NCBI GenBank assembly: GCA_038087875.1
Contig: CM075997.1
Location: 8,248,001-8,312,000, forward strand
DNA length: 64,000 bases
Reading direction: 5' to 3'
From: Malacoraja senta
Lineage: Eukaryota
Shown piece after piece: positions 39,971 to 51,934 of this stretch (position 1 is its first letter; the number at the start of each line of letters is the position of its first letter). Both the position numbers and the translations under genes were made by a program. The notes below the pieces were generated by a model. That model was not told the origin of the DNA, made no database searches, and worked only from the letters and a program-made list of their open reading frames with translations.

Positions 39971-40742
39971 AAACATAGAAACATAGTAAATAGGTGCAGG
40001 AGGGGGCCATTCGGCCCTTAGACCCAGCACCGCCATTCATTGTGATCATGGCTGATCGTCCCCTATCAATAACCCGTGCCTGCCATCTCCCCATATCCCT
40101 TGACTCCACTAGCCCATAGAGCTCTATCTAACTCTCTCTTAAATCCAGCCAGTGACGGCCTTCACTGCCCTCCGTGGCAGGGAATTCCATAAATTCACAA
40201 CTCTCTGGGTGAAAACGTTTGTTCTCACCTCAGTCTTAAATGACCTCCCATTTATTCTGAGACTGTGGCCCCTGGTTCTGGACTCGCCGAACATTGGGGA
40301 AATTTTTCCTGCATCTAGCTTGTCCAGTCATTTTATACATTTATATGTTTCTATAAGATCCCCCCTCACCCTTCTAAACTCTAGTGAATACAAGCCTAGT
40401 CTTTTCAATCTTTCCTCATATTACAGTCCCGCCATCCCAGGGATCAATCTCGTGAACCTATGCTGCACTACCTCAATCACAAGGATGTCCTTCCTCAAAT
40501 TATCCTCAAGGATGTCCTTCCTCACAATACTCCAGATGTGGTCTCACCAGAGCCCTATACAACTGCAGAAGAACCTCTTTACTCCCATTCTGAAATCCTC
40601 TTGTTATGAATGCCAACATTCCATTAGCTTTCTTCACTGCCTGCTGTACATGTAAGACAACTTTGAGTGACCGGTGTACAAAGACGCCCAAGTCTCGCTG
40701 CACCCCCCCCCCTTACCTAACTTAACCCCATTGAGATAATAT
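39971..40742 (-). mobile_element. CR1 3' portion
   Basis: AAACATAG tail; QQAVKKANGMLAFI, LVRPHLEYC. Confidence 0.88.
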
Positions 40743-41469
40743 GTTAAGTGGCGGGGTCCCTGAGAAGGAGGCAGAAATGTCGAAGGATAAGTGTTGGAGG
40801 CGGAGACATCATGTTGTGCATGGAGACTTGGGGCGAATGGCATGGTTCTACTCTGCGTTACTCCATAATTGTCAGCGTTCTTCGCTGAAAGCGAATTTGA
40901 GGGTGAGCAACGGTTAGCGTCATAGTGGTCACATCTCAAAAGGGCCATCGCACAGCCTCCCATATTGCTAATAATAAACTCCCTGTCTATCCAAGTTTTC
41001 CCTTTAACTCAAGTTTCCATGTCCAAATAAAATCCCGTTGAATCGTTAATGAAATTCCAACTGAATGCCATCTTTCCTGTAGCTGCGGAACCGGAACTTC
41101 ATACAGTGTGGTTTATCCTATGACTTGTACTGCTAGAACCTGATGCCTTAACATTATTACTTCATACTAATCTCAATGTAGCCAAGGGAATTACATGTCT
41201 TCTGCACCACACTGTTCATCTGACTCGACAATTTCAGGTAACCATGCATCGGAACTCACGTATCTCTCTGTTCAATAACACTCTCCAAGGTTCTACGATT
41301 TGCCGAGAAAATCCTACCCTGGTTTGACATACCACAGTGCAACACATCATACCTGTCACCTCATACCTGTCATTCCCTTTGCCCCTATTTGACCCACCTT
41401 CCCAACTGATTTAGAATCTGTTGAAACATATTTATACCTCCTCATGTACAAATATATCGTACACTTTGC

Positions 41470-42061
41470 TGTCATAGTCATAGAGCCATAGAGTGATACA
41501 GTGTGGAAACAGGGCCTTCGGCCCAACTCGCCCACACCGGCCAAGAATATCCCAGCTACATTAGCCCCACTTGCCTGCGATTGGTCCATATACCTCCAAA
41601 CCTGTCCTATCCATGCACCTTTCTGACTGTTGCTTAAACGACGGGATACCACCAGCCTCAACTACCTCCTCTGGCAGCTTGTTCCATATACCCACCACCC
41701 TTTGTGTGAAAAAGTTACCCCTAGGATTCCTAAAAATGTTTCCCCTTCACCTTGAACCTATGTCCTCTGGTCCTCGATTCCTTTACTCTGGCCATAATAC
41801 TCTGTGTGTGTCTACCTGATCTATTCCTCTCATGACTTGGATCCTTCTATAAGATCTCCACTCATCATCCAGCTCTTCATTGAATAGGGACGCAGCCTAC
41901 TTAACCTTTTCCTTTCGCTCACACACCGTAGTACTGGCAACATCCTCGTAAATCTTTTCAGAACCCTTTCAAGCTTGATAATATATTTCCTATAACATGG
42001 TGACCAGAACTGACCACAATATTCTAAATGCCGTCTCACGAACGTTTTATACAACTGCAAC
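41470..42061 (-). mobile_element. CR1 3' portion (older family, AGTCAT tail)
   Basis: VRRHLEYCGQFWSP..LERVLKRFTRMLP. Confidence 0.82.
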
Positions 42062-42609
42062 ATTTCTTTCGCTCCATAGATGCTGCTGCACCCGCTGAGT
42101 TTCTCCAGCATTTTTGTGTACCTTCGATTTTCCAGCATCTGCAGTTCCTTCTTTAACACTTTGTCTACTCCACTGCGAAATCTCGTCAAGGTATGCCTAC
42201 TTTGAAGAAGTTCTCCTCCTCTCTCCGGAGACTGTTCCACACCCAACTCGCTAACTGCCCCATCTCTGTGATCCCCCCTGCCATCTGGTTGTCTCCTCCC
42301 CTCCCCCAGCCCTCGGGCTCCTCCTCCGCCTTTTCCTTTTTTCCTTTCTTCTCCCCACCCCCTATCAGTCTGAAGAAGGGTTTCGGCCCGAAACGTTACC
42401 TATTTCCTTCGCTCCATAGATGCTGCTGCACCCGCTGAGTTTCTCCAGCATTTTTGTGTACCTTCGATTTTCCAGCATCTGCAGTTCCTTCTTTAACACT
42501 TTGTCTACTCCACTGCGAAATCTCGTCAAGGTATGCCTACTTTGAAGAAGTTCTCCTCCTCTCTCCGGAGACTGTTCCACACCCAACTCGCTAACTGCCC
42601 CATCTCTGT
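42062..42609 (+). mobile_element. Penelope-like pseudo-LTR partial tandem: 208-bp direct repeats (42062-42269, 42402-42609) around a hammerhead motif
   Basis: Near-identical repeats with period 340. CTGAAGA-AGGGTTTCGGCCC-GAAACGTT at 42370-42397. Confidence 0.85.
42370..42400 (+). ncRNA. Minimal type-I hammerhead ribozyme-like motif
   Basis: CUGANGA, helix II (GGG/CCC), GAAA, palindromic ACGU, GUU triplet. Helix I is weak. Confidence 0.6.
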
Positions 42610-44450
42610 TGACTTTGGCCAATGATTTCACCATTTTCCAAATGTGCTGCTATCCCATCTTTAATAACTGACTATCGATGTTAGACTAACTGGTCTGTAA
42701 TTCCCCGTTTTCTCTCTCCCTCCCTTTTTAAAAAGTGGGGTTACATTAGCTACCCTCCAATCTTCAGGAACTACTCCAGAATCTAAAGAGTTTTGAAAAA
42801 TTATCACTAATACATCCACTATTTCCGGGGCTACTTCCTTAAGTACTCTGGGATGCAGCCTATGTGGACCTGGGGATTGATCGGCCTTTAATCCATTCAA
42901 TTTACCTAACACTACTTCCCGGCTAACCTGGATTTCACTCAGTTCCTCCATCTCATATGACCTCCGGACCCCTGTTATTTCCGGCAATTTAATTAGGTCT
43001 TCCTTAGTGAAGACAGAACCGAAGTAGTTATTCAAATGGTCTGCCATGTCCTTGTTCCCCATGATCAGTTCACCTGTTTCTGACTGCATGGGACCTACAT
43101 TTGTTTTAACTAATCTTTTTCTGTTCGCATATCTATAAAAACTTTTGCAGCCCGTTTATATGTTCCCTGCCAGTTTTCTTTAATAATCTATTTTCTCTTT
43201 CCGAATTAACCCTTTGTCCTCCTCTGCTGGACTCTGAATTTCTCCTAGTCCTCTGGTAGGCTGCTTTTTCTGGCTAATTTGTATGCTTCATCTTTTGTTT
43301 TGAAACTATCCCTGATTTCCGTTGTAATCCACGGATGCACTACCTTTTGCCAAACTGTGATGAACAATGTTTGTAGTTCATACATGCAGCCTTTAAATGC
43401 CTTCCATTGCATATCACCCGTCAACCCTTTAAGAATCAATTGCCAGTCTATCTTGGCCAATTCACGTCGCATACCCTCAAAGTTACCTTTCTTTAAGTTC
43501 ATAACCATTGTTTCTGAATTAATTATGTCACTCTCCATCCTTATGAAGAACTCAACCATATTATGGTCAATCTTGCCCAAGGGGCCACGCACAACAAGAC
43601 TGCTAACTACCCCTTCCTCATTGCTCAATATCCAGTCTAGAATAGACTGCTCTCTCGTTGGTTCCTCTACATGTTGGTTTAGAAAACTATCCCGCATACA
43701 TTCCAAGAAATCCTCTTCCTCAGCACCCCTGCCAATTTGACTCACCCAATCTATATGTAGATTGAAGTCACCCATTATAACTGTTTTACCTTTGTTGCAC
43801 GCATTTCTAATTTCCTGTTTGATGCCATCCCCAACTCCACTACTATTGTTAGGTGGCCTGTACACAACTCCCACTATCATTTTCTTCCCCTTAGTGTTTC
43901 GTAGCTCTACCCATATCGATTCCACATCCTCCAAGCTAATGTCCTTCCTTTCTATTCCGTTAATCTCCTCTCTAACCAGCAACGCTACTCGACGTCCTCT
44001 TCCTTTCTGTCTGTCCCTCCTGAATATTGAATATCCCTGGATGTTCAACTACCAGCCTTGGTCACCCCGGAGCCATGTCTCCGTGATCCCAACTATATCA
44101 TAGTCATTAATAGCTATCTGCACATTCAACTCATCCACCTTATTACGAATGCTCCTTGCATTGAGACACAAATCCTTCAGGCTTGTTTTTACAACACTCT
44201 TACCCCTTATACAATTATGTTGAAAAATGGCCCTTTTTGATTTTTGCCCTGGATTTGTCTGCCTACCACTTTTAATTTTCACCTTGCTACCTATTGCTTA
44301 TATCCTCATTTTACACCCCTCTGTCTCTCTGTTCACACATTTAAGAAACCAACCACCTCTTATTCTCTGTTTATTATCTTTTTCTTCTTCCCCCCCTACA
44401 TGTTGGGTCTGAGTGCTTGCCTTCTCTGCCTCCTGCCTCACACACATTAG
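42610..44450 (-). mobile_element. CR1 ORF2 5' half (EN and linker)
   Basis: ORFs 44049-44282, 43245-44048, 42661-43089. Same family as 10137-13373. Confidence 0.92.
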
Positions 44451-44467
44451 AGGGAAGATTCTTCAGA

Positions 44468-44500
44468 CTGACGAAGGGTTTCGACCCGAAACGTCACCCA
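44468..44500 (+). ncRNA. Minimal type-I hammerhead ribozyme-like motif in a Penelope-like fragment (~44455-44580)
   Basis: CTGACGA-AGGGTTTCGACCC-GAAAC-GTC: canonical core, 4-bp helix II (GGGT/ACCC), GUC triplet. Confidence 0.62.
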
Positions 44501-44589
44501 TTTGTTCTCTCATGAGATGCAGTCTATCCCACTCAGGTAATCCAGCATTTTAACCAGCATCTACTGTTCTTTCCCACACAGCATAGATA

Positions 44590-46115
44590 TAAGATCGGCT
44601 GCATGGCAGCAGGCAGAGAGTGGGAATAAATATACATTTTCTTCTTGGCTGCAATGACCTATATGGTTCAGCCTGAGTCGGTCTTGGGGCCGCTACTTTT
44701 CACGTTTAAAATGAATGGTTTGGTTGAGGGAGTTGAAGTCACAGTGGCCAAGTTTGCAGATTATACGAATATATGTAGTGTGCTGTCGTCGTGCTGCCAA
44801 AGCAGGAACACAGCAGAAGGACTTGGGCAGATTGGGAGATTGGGCAAATAAGTGGCTGTAGAATACAGCATAGAAAAATATGGAATCGTGCATTCTATTG
44901 GTTGGAATAAAGGCGCACATAACTTAATGAATGGGGCGAGGATTCAGAAATAGGGGATGCATATGGACTTGGGAATGCTTGTGCAGAATTGCCAGAAAGT
45001 TTGTTTGTATGTTGAATCGTTAGTAAGAAAGGTAAATGCGGTGTTGGCGATATTTCGAAAGTGGTAGAATATATGGCAATGGACAGACCATATTTTTAAT
45101 ATTATAAGCAGTTATGCTGCCCTTATTCGAGGAAGGGCATACTGGCATTGGACAAGTTCCAGTGGAAGTTTTCAAGAATTATCCCAGGGAACTCTGAGTT
45201 AACGCACGATGAGCGCTTGACGGCACTGGGCCTTGTACCGGTTGGAGTTTAGAAGGATGAGGGGGTACCTCGTTGAAAATTACCGAATAGAGGGCTCGGA
45301 TAGAGTGGATGTGGAAAGGATTTTTCCAGTAGTGGGAGAATAAAAAAACAGAGTGAAGGCTATGTCTTTGGGTACATTTAAGACGAAGATTTACATATTA
45401 TTGATTAGCGAGAGTGTCAATAGTTATGGGGAAAAGACGAGAGAAAGGGGTTGAGAGGAATGGGTAGATCAGCCATGATTAAGCAGCGAGTAAATTTAAT
45501 GGGCCGAATGGCCTTATTCTGTTCCTATGATCTATGGACTTCTGAACGTATGGACTTAAATTATTTTAGAATTAAGGGGAACTAAATAGTTTTGAACAAT
45601 AAATAATTGTCCAACAGAATGTCAAGAAATACAATGCCGTCGAGTCACGCAGTAGGGCAACACGCCTTTCATTGGAACTGTCTATGCGGATCATGATTTC
45701 TCATCTAAGATAGTCCCGCTTGTCCAGGTTTGGCCAATATTGCTCTAAACCATTTCTATCCACATACCTATCCAAAGGCGCTGCTAATAAATTGCCCTCA
45801 CTTACTTCATCTGGCGACTCGTTCCATATACCGATTGTCCCCGGTTTAAGAAATGTGCCCGTTATATTCCTATTAAATCTTTCCCCTTCACCTCAAACCT
45901 ACGACCTCTATTTCTTGATTTTCCTACGCTGGGAAAATACTGCATTGTTTCCGTTTTCCTTTTACACGCCTTTCTAGATCATTACCTGCGCCCGTGGTCC
46001 AACCAATAAAGGTCTAGCTTACCCAACATTTCCCGATACCTATGTCCTTTGAATTCCAGCCGCTCCCCCGTAAATACTCTCTGCACCCTTTTCAGCTTAA
46101 TAGTATCTTTCCTAT
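44590..46115. mobile_element. Old degraded CR1 fragments (+ ~44590-45550; - ~45630-46115)
   Basis: SVLGPLLF, AKFADYT; recognisable 3'UTR GGGCCGAATGGCC. Confidence 0.7.
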
Positions 46116-47807
46116 ATCAGGGAGAACGCCTGAACCTCATATTATTTAACACGCCAATGAGAATCAGCCCAATTTTTTGATATACATTGTCTGAGAGAAA
46201 AACGCCTTCAGAAATGTTTCCCCACAATAAAAAATGAAATATTTTGTTGCGTGTCCTTGGAATTGGACACAGAGAAATACCGGATCCTGAGCCAAAGGAT
46301 TTTGTCGTCGAGTGATGTGTACAAAATACGGAACGCTGCAGTTTTGTTATAATAGATGAACGCGAAAACTCTATCCAAAATGAATGAGACATTTCAGTGT
46401 TAGTCTAGGTTATGTAGACATATGGCAATAGCATGTCGAAATGTGTCCCAGGAGATCACGGGGTATTGGGGTGTGACTGAATGACTCAAGGTAGAGCAAT
46501 ATGCATTTGGATTTACTCGAAAAGGGAAGACTGTCGTCGAGACATCTCGATCTCATTCCAAGTTTCCATATATTTTCAAATGGATGGGGAAGATCTGCCT
46601 GAAGCGTAGTTTTCAGATTATTTGAGTGCGATAAAGACAGTTGCCAAATGTGAGCGAATTCTCACCGTCTTTGCTCTGATTGTAGCGGGAAAATTGAAAA
46701 TCCTACCAAAAGAAAGTAGATGAGGAAAACAAATTAACTACAAGAACGAAGTGGCGCGTTGCAATCCATCGCTAGAATTTTCCATGTTCTGGGTATTATT
46801 TGCTAAATTCCGTTATATACAAACTTTCGCATGTCCAGCCTGATCTTTGTAATCCTATGTGTTTTTCCTCGTGTTTAAAAATTAATAATCAGAAGTAATG
46901 ACAGATAGGTGAAAGAGTAACAAGATTGTAATAATAGACCATGTCCATGTTCTTCATATTAATTGGAACTGTGAACGTGCAAACGTTCTGAAGAGTGAGG
47001 GAATAGTTAACCTCCCAAGGACCGCCCCAAATAATATGCAATGACCCTACCCGAGAAAGGGTACCAATGAAAATCCTTTTTGGGAAATTAGGCTGCGAAA
47101 GTGAATAAAGTGTTAGTGCGCGTTTGGATCAGCGACCCTAAATTTATTTGTTTTATGCCATAAATTAGGGCAAGGCTTATTTGCAGCCGCTAGAGATTAA
47201 CCATCGATTGGGATAATCTGTTTGCAGGTTAATGGAGGTCTGGACAGTTGAAGTCTTTAAAAGTGCGATTGGAAGCTTTCAGACTCCATGGGTTCCATAA
47301 AGGTGGAACGCAATTTGGCATACTAAACCAAGTCAGGATAACAGGGGATATTGACGAACTGTTTGGAAAAAGAGGGATTTGTCAGCTATAGGCAGTGGAG
47401 ATGAAAATAATTCCAAGAGGTACACGAAGAAGTAAATCACGAGGGCATGATCTAGAACAAACTAGAATTTAACTCGGACAAGTGCGAAATAATGCATGTT
47501 GGGAAATTGATCAAAGCGGGACTTACATTGTAAACTAGACTAAGTGGGACCCGTTGGGTCCCATGTTCACACGGGAAGGTTGGTCCCCGAACGCAATATT
47601 CCACCTCTCCACCAATTCCAATCACAATGGTGGCCAGTGGGGCGGAAGGGCTTTCTTGAGCGCTGGTATGGGTGTAGTGGGCCGAAGGAACTGGTCTCCA
47701 GAGGACTAGTATGGACATTGTGGGCCAAATGGATTCTTGGGTGGCAGCTCAGTCCGTGAGGCCTGATATGCTGGCAGCTCACTCACGGCTGGAGGTCTGG
47801 GAGTTGA

Positions 47808-48251
47808 CTTCAAGCAGGGTGCAAGGCCACCAAATTCAAATCAATTTTCCTACCATTTCAAGCAGGGTGCAAGGCCACCAAATTCAAGTGCAGTTTCTTA
47901 CCACTTCATGCAGGGTGCAAGGCTACCAAATTGAAGTGCAGTTTCATACCATTTCAAGCAGGGTGCAAGGCCACCAAATTAAGGTGCCGTTTCCTACAAG
48001 TTCAAGCAGGGTGCAAGGCCACCGAATTCTAGTGCAGTTTCCTACCACTTCAAGCAGGGTGCAAGGCCACCGAATTCAAGTGCTGTATCCCACCACTTCA
48101 AACAGCGTGCAAGGCGACCAAATTCAAGTGCAGTTCCATACCACTTTAAGCAGGGTGCAAGGCCACCAAATTCATGTGCAGTTTCATACCATTTCAAGCA
48201 GCGTGAAGGCCACCAAATTCAAATGCCGTTTCACACCACTTCAAGCAGGGT
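47808..48251. repeat. 48-bp minisatellite, about 9 units
   Basis: Unit TTCAAGCAGGGTGCAAGGCCACCAAATTCAAGTGCAGTTTCATACCAC. Confidence 0.95.
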
Positions 48252-48632
48252 GAACCACCATAAAACCACCATAAAACCACACAAAACACCACACTCACAG
48301 TTCAATAGACATTCAGTGTGTTCAGTTGATTCACAGCTCAGACAATCGTGACCTCTCCCTCCCCCATCAAGCAGAGACTGAGCCACACCCACGCTTCCGG
48401 GTTTTATAATCCTCCCCGTCCCACCGGAAAAGGTGTGGCCTTCATGGCGTGATTGACAGGAGAGGGATTCTGAACATTTTTAAAACACTAATAACACTTT
48501 TGATGGGAATAATCCTCTGCACCTGATGAGCCGGAGGGAGACTGAATAAGATGGCCAACAATCACAGCCGTAGGTGGTAGCGTTTTATCTAAAATCAATA
48601 TACAGTGCAAACAGGAAGTTGTCAAGTTCAGA

Positions 48633-49248
48633 CCACCAACCATATGCAGTGCTTTTACTTCAACACAAGCACCACTAACCATTGCAATGCTTTTACTTCA
48701 ACCCAAGCCCCACCAACCATTTGCAGTGCTTTTAGTTCAACCCAAGCCCCACCAACCATTTGCAGTACTTTTACTTCAACCCAAGTCCCATCAACCATGT
48801 GCAGTACTTTTACTTCAACCCAAGCCTCAACGACCATTTGCAGTGCTTCTACTTCAACCCAAGACCACCAACCATTTGCAGTGCTTTTACTTCAATCCAA
48901 GCCCCACCAACCATTTGCAGTGCATTTACTTCAACCCAAGCCCCACAAACCATTTCAAGTGCTTTTACTTCAACCCAAGCCGCACCAACCATTTGCAGTG
49001 CTTTTACTTCAACCCAAGCCCCACAAACCAATTGCAGTGCTTATACTTCAACCCAAGCCCCACCAACCATATGCAGTGCTTTTACTTCAACCCAAGCCCC
49101 ACCAACCATATGCAGTGCTTTTACTTCAACCCAAGCCCCACCAACCATTTGCAGTGCTTTTACTTCAACCCAAGCCCCATCAACCATTTGCAGTGCTTTT
49201 ACTTCAACCCAAGCCCCACCAACCATTTGGAGTGCTTTTACTTCAAAC
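48633..49248. repeat. 39-bp minisatellite, about 16 units
   Basis: Unit CAACCATTTGCAGTGCTTTTACTTCAACCCAAGCCCCAC. Confidence 0.95.
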
Positions 49249-49699
49249 CAACCACATTTTCACTTTCAAACCACATTAAGGACCCTCAAGGTCAGTATAA
49301 CCGCACTCACAGTTTAGTAGACATGTGTTCAGTGTTATTCACAGCTCAGACTGAGAGACGAGACCCTCTTACCTCCCCCATCTTGCAGAGACTGACTCAG
49401 GCACAAAATTGCCAGGTTTCATAGTCCCTCCCCCTCCCACCAACAGGGGCAGCAGAAAGAATCTCAACATTTTAAAACATTCATAACTCTTTTATTTTTC
49501 ATCGATGGGAAAAAAGTATCTTCTCCTGCGCAGCGGAGGGGGATTCTGAGTAAGCGGCTGCGTTTTTTTTTAAATCATGAAACAGAAAAACAGGAAGTAC
49601 TCAAGATCAGACTTTTAGTAATATAGATAAGAGGCCACTGGGGGTGTTGCAGATGCCCTGAAACTGACGCTACGCGCAAGCAGGCTGGTGAAAACACCC

Positions 49700-51670
49700 T
49701 TCACACGTTTGATTTCTACACAAGTCCCACCTGCCCAATTTGGAAACATCCGAAATGTTTCCTCTCCAAATACCTGTCCAAATGTAGTTTACATGTTATG
49801 GTACTTGCCTGAGTTACCTACTGTGGCTGCTCGTTCCATATACCCACCAACCTCCCACTATAAACACATATCATCTGGTTCTTGATTCCCCGGTAAAAGG
49901 CTGTTACCGTATCTATCCCCCTCGTGGTTTAATACATCTGTGTGAGAAATACCCTCAGCGACCTGAGGTTCAATATATGAATTTCACGGCTGTTCAACCT
50001 CTGTCTATAGCTCATGCCGTTGAATCCAAGCAACATACTTGTAAATCATACCTGCACACTTTTCCGGTATAATGACATCCTCCAAATTGTTGTATGATCA
50101 GATATGAGCACAGGACTTCAAATGCAACCTGACCAACGTTTTGTGATAACTCAGAGATAACATCCCAAGATATATTAGTCTGACTAATGATGGTCAATGT
50201 ACCGAAAGCCTCTCGAGCACTCTATGTACAGGTGAAGACACATTTTGGCACTATGTACCTGCATTCCTTTGATCCTTGTACTCTATCACCCTCATCTGGA
50301 CCCTATCAGTCATTGATAAAGTCCTCCCTGGTTTGAACACCCAAAATAGTACACCTCCCACATGTGCTATAAACAATCGCCATTCTTCAGCCCGCTTGCC
50401 CAGCTGATCATGATCCGGCTGCATTACCCGATAACCATCTTCATTTTATACGATACCATCCGCTTTATTGTCCTGTGCAAACTTTTCCACATTTGTACAT
50501 TCTAATCCAAATCATTCGGATAAAGCACAACCAGCAATAGGCCAAACACCGCTCTTGGGGCACACCGCTCGTCACATGCCTCTTCTTTCTTTGATGAGGC
50601 TAGTTGTCTATCCAGTTTGCCTGCTTCCAATGGGTCCCATGCGTTCTAATATTCCAGAATTGCATATCATCCGGAACCTTATCAGCGGCCTCCCTGATAT
50701 GCACTCTCTGGGAATGCTTTTGTCAACCTTATCGGTTATTCAATTAAAAAATCAAACCAAATCCGTAAAACACGACTCCCATGTATCCGTGCTGAATATA
50801 CCAATCATACGGTCTGCCGAATGAATACATATTTCTCGCTCAGAATCGTCTACAATAACTTGCCAAAGACACATGACACTGGTCTATATTCCTGATTTGT
50901 TTTGCAGCCCTTATTGAATCGAGGCACAACATTAGGCACCCGCCAGTGCTTCGGCACCACGGTTGCTGGACTGGAATTGTACAATACCTTTCTCTAGCTT
51001 CCCAGGTTGCCCCCGGATGTATTGAATTTGGCTTTGTTATATTTAACTACCTCCATACGACTCTGAACGCCAAGCACCTCCTCGGTCGTAAATTGGATGT
51101 CCTCAAAACAACTCCACTACTGTTAGAGTCGGTTCCCCAGTCTAATGTCGTTCTCCAGGCACAGACACGGAAGAAATACACGCGGGGAAATTGTCCTGCT
51201 CCTCCTGCTGCACAGAGATGATATCTGTTTTTAAGGGACACTATTTGATCTGTAGTTACCCTCCTTCCGTTACTATACATGACTTCTGAGGATTCCCCTT
51301 AATATTATACCAGAATTATTTCCAGCTCCCTTATTACCCGCCTAATTTCCTTCTTAATATTTATGAAATTATTATTAGCTATAATAGTTATAATATAACT
51401 ATTTAAATAGAACTATGGTCACTGATCGCAAAAGTGTCGCCCACCGAATCTTCAGTAACTTGCCCTTTCCAATTCCATAAGTGAAGATCAAACTATCCTC
51501 TCTCCATTGTCCGGACTACCACATATTGTTTGAGAAATCTCTTCTAAACGCCTTTGACAAATTCCACACCGTATAAGCTGTTGGCACGATGGCAGTCACA
51601 ATCTATATAGGGCAAATTAAATATACTACTATGATAAACCTATTAGTGTGGAAACTGTGTGCAATCTCCC
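49700..51670 (-). mobile_element. Old, highly degraded CR1
   Basis: Patchy similarity to the CR1 3'UTR and ORF2 seen elsewhere in the window; no open frame. Confidence 0.6.
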
Positions 51671-51934
51671 GGAATTTGTCGAATAATGCCATTCATCTGG
51701 AATGGGTGCAGAAAGATTTCCGATGGTTCTTACCAGGATTGGGTTGATTTAGTTACAATAAGAGATTAGATTGGTTGGCTATCTTTCCCGAGGGAACGTT
51801 GACGTAGATGCATTATCTCAGAGGAATATATCAAATGGACGGCCCCAGGATCACAGTGTCTCAAACGAAGGTCTTGGATTTGGGGTGATATGGGAACATG
51901 TAGAAGGCATCTATGGGGCATGTGTTTCTCCCAG

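Larger units (their letters stand above)
47535..49627 (-). mobile_element. Non-autonomous Helitron with two internal satellite arrays
   Basis: Minus strand A|TCTATATTACTAAAA...TGGGACCC-AAC-GGGTCCCA-CTTAGT-CTAG|T: 5' TC, 3' hairpin plus CTAG, A/T target, no TSD. Flanks rejoin as an old CR1. Confidence 0.88.

Noticed and set aside
47711..49424. Repetitive ORFs or a possible CRISPR-like array
   Set aside because: Head-to-tail minisatellites with no unique spacers, inside a Helitron in eukaryotic DNA; no cas genes.
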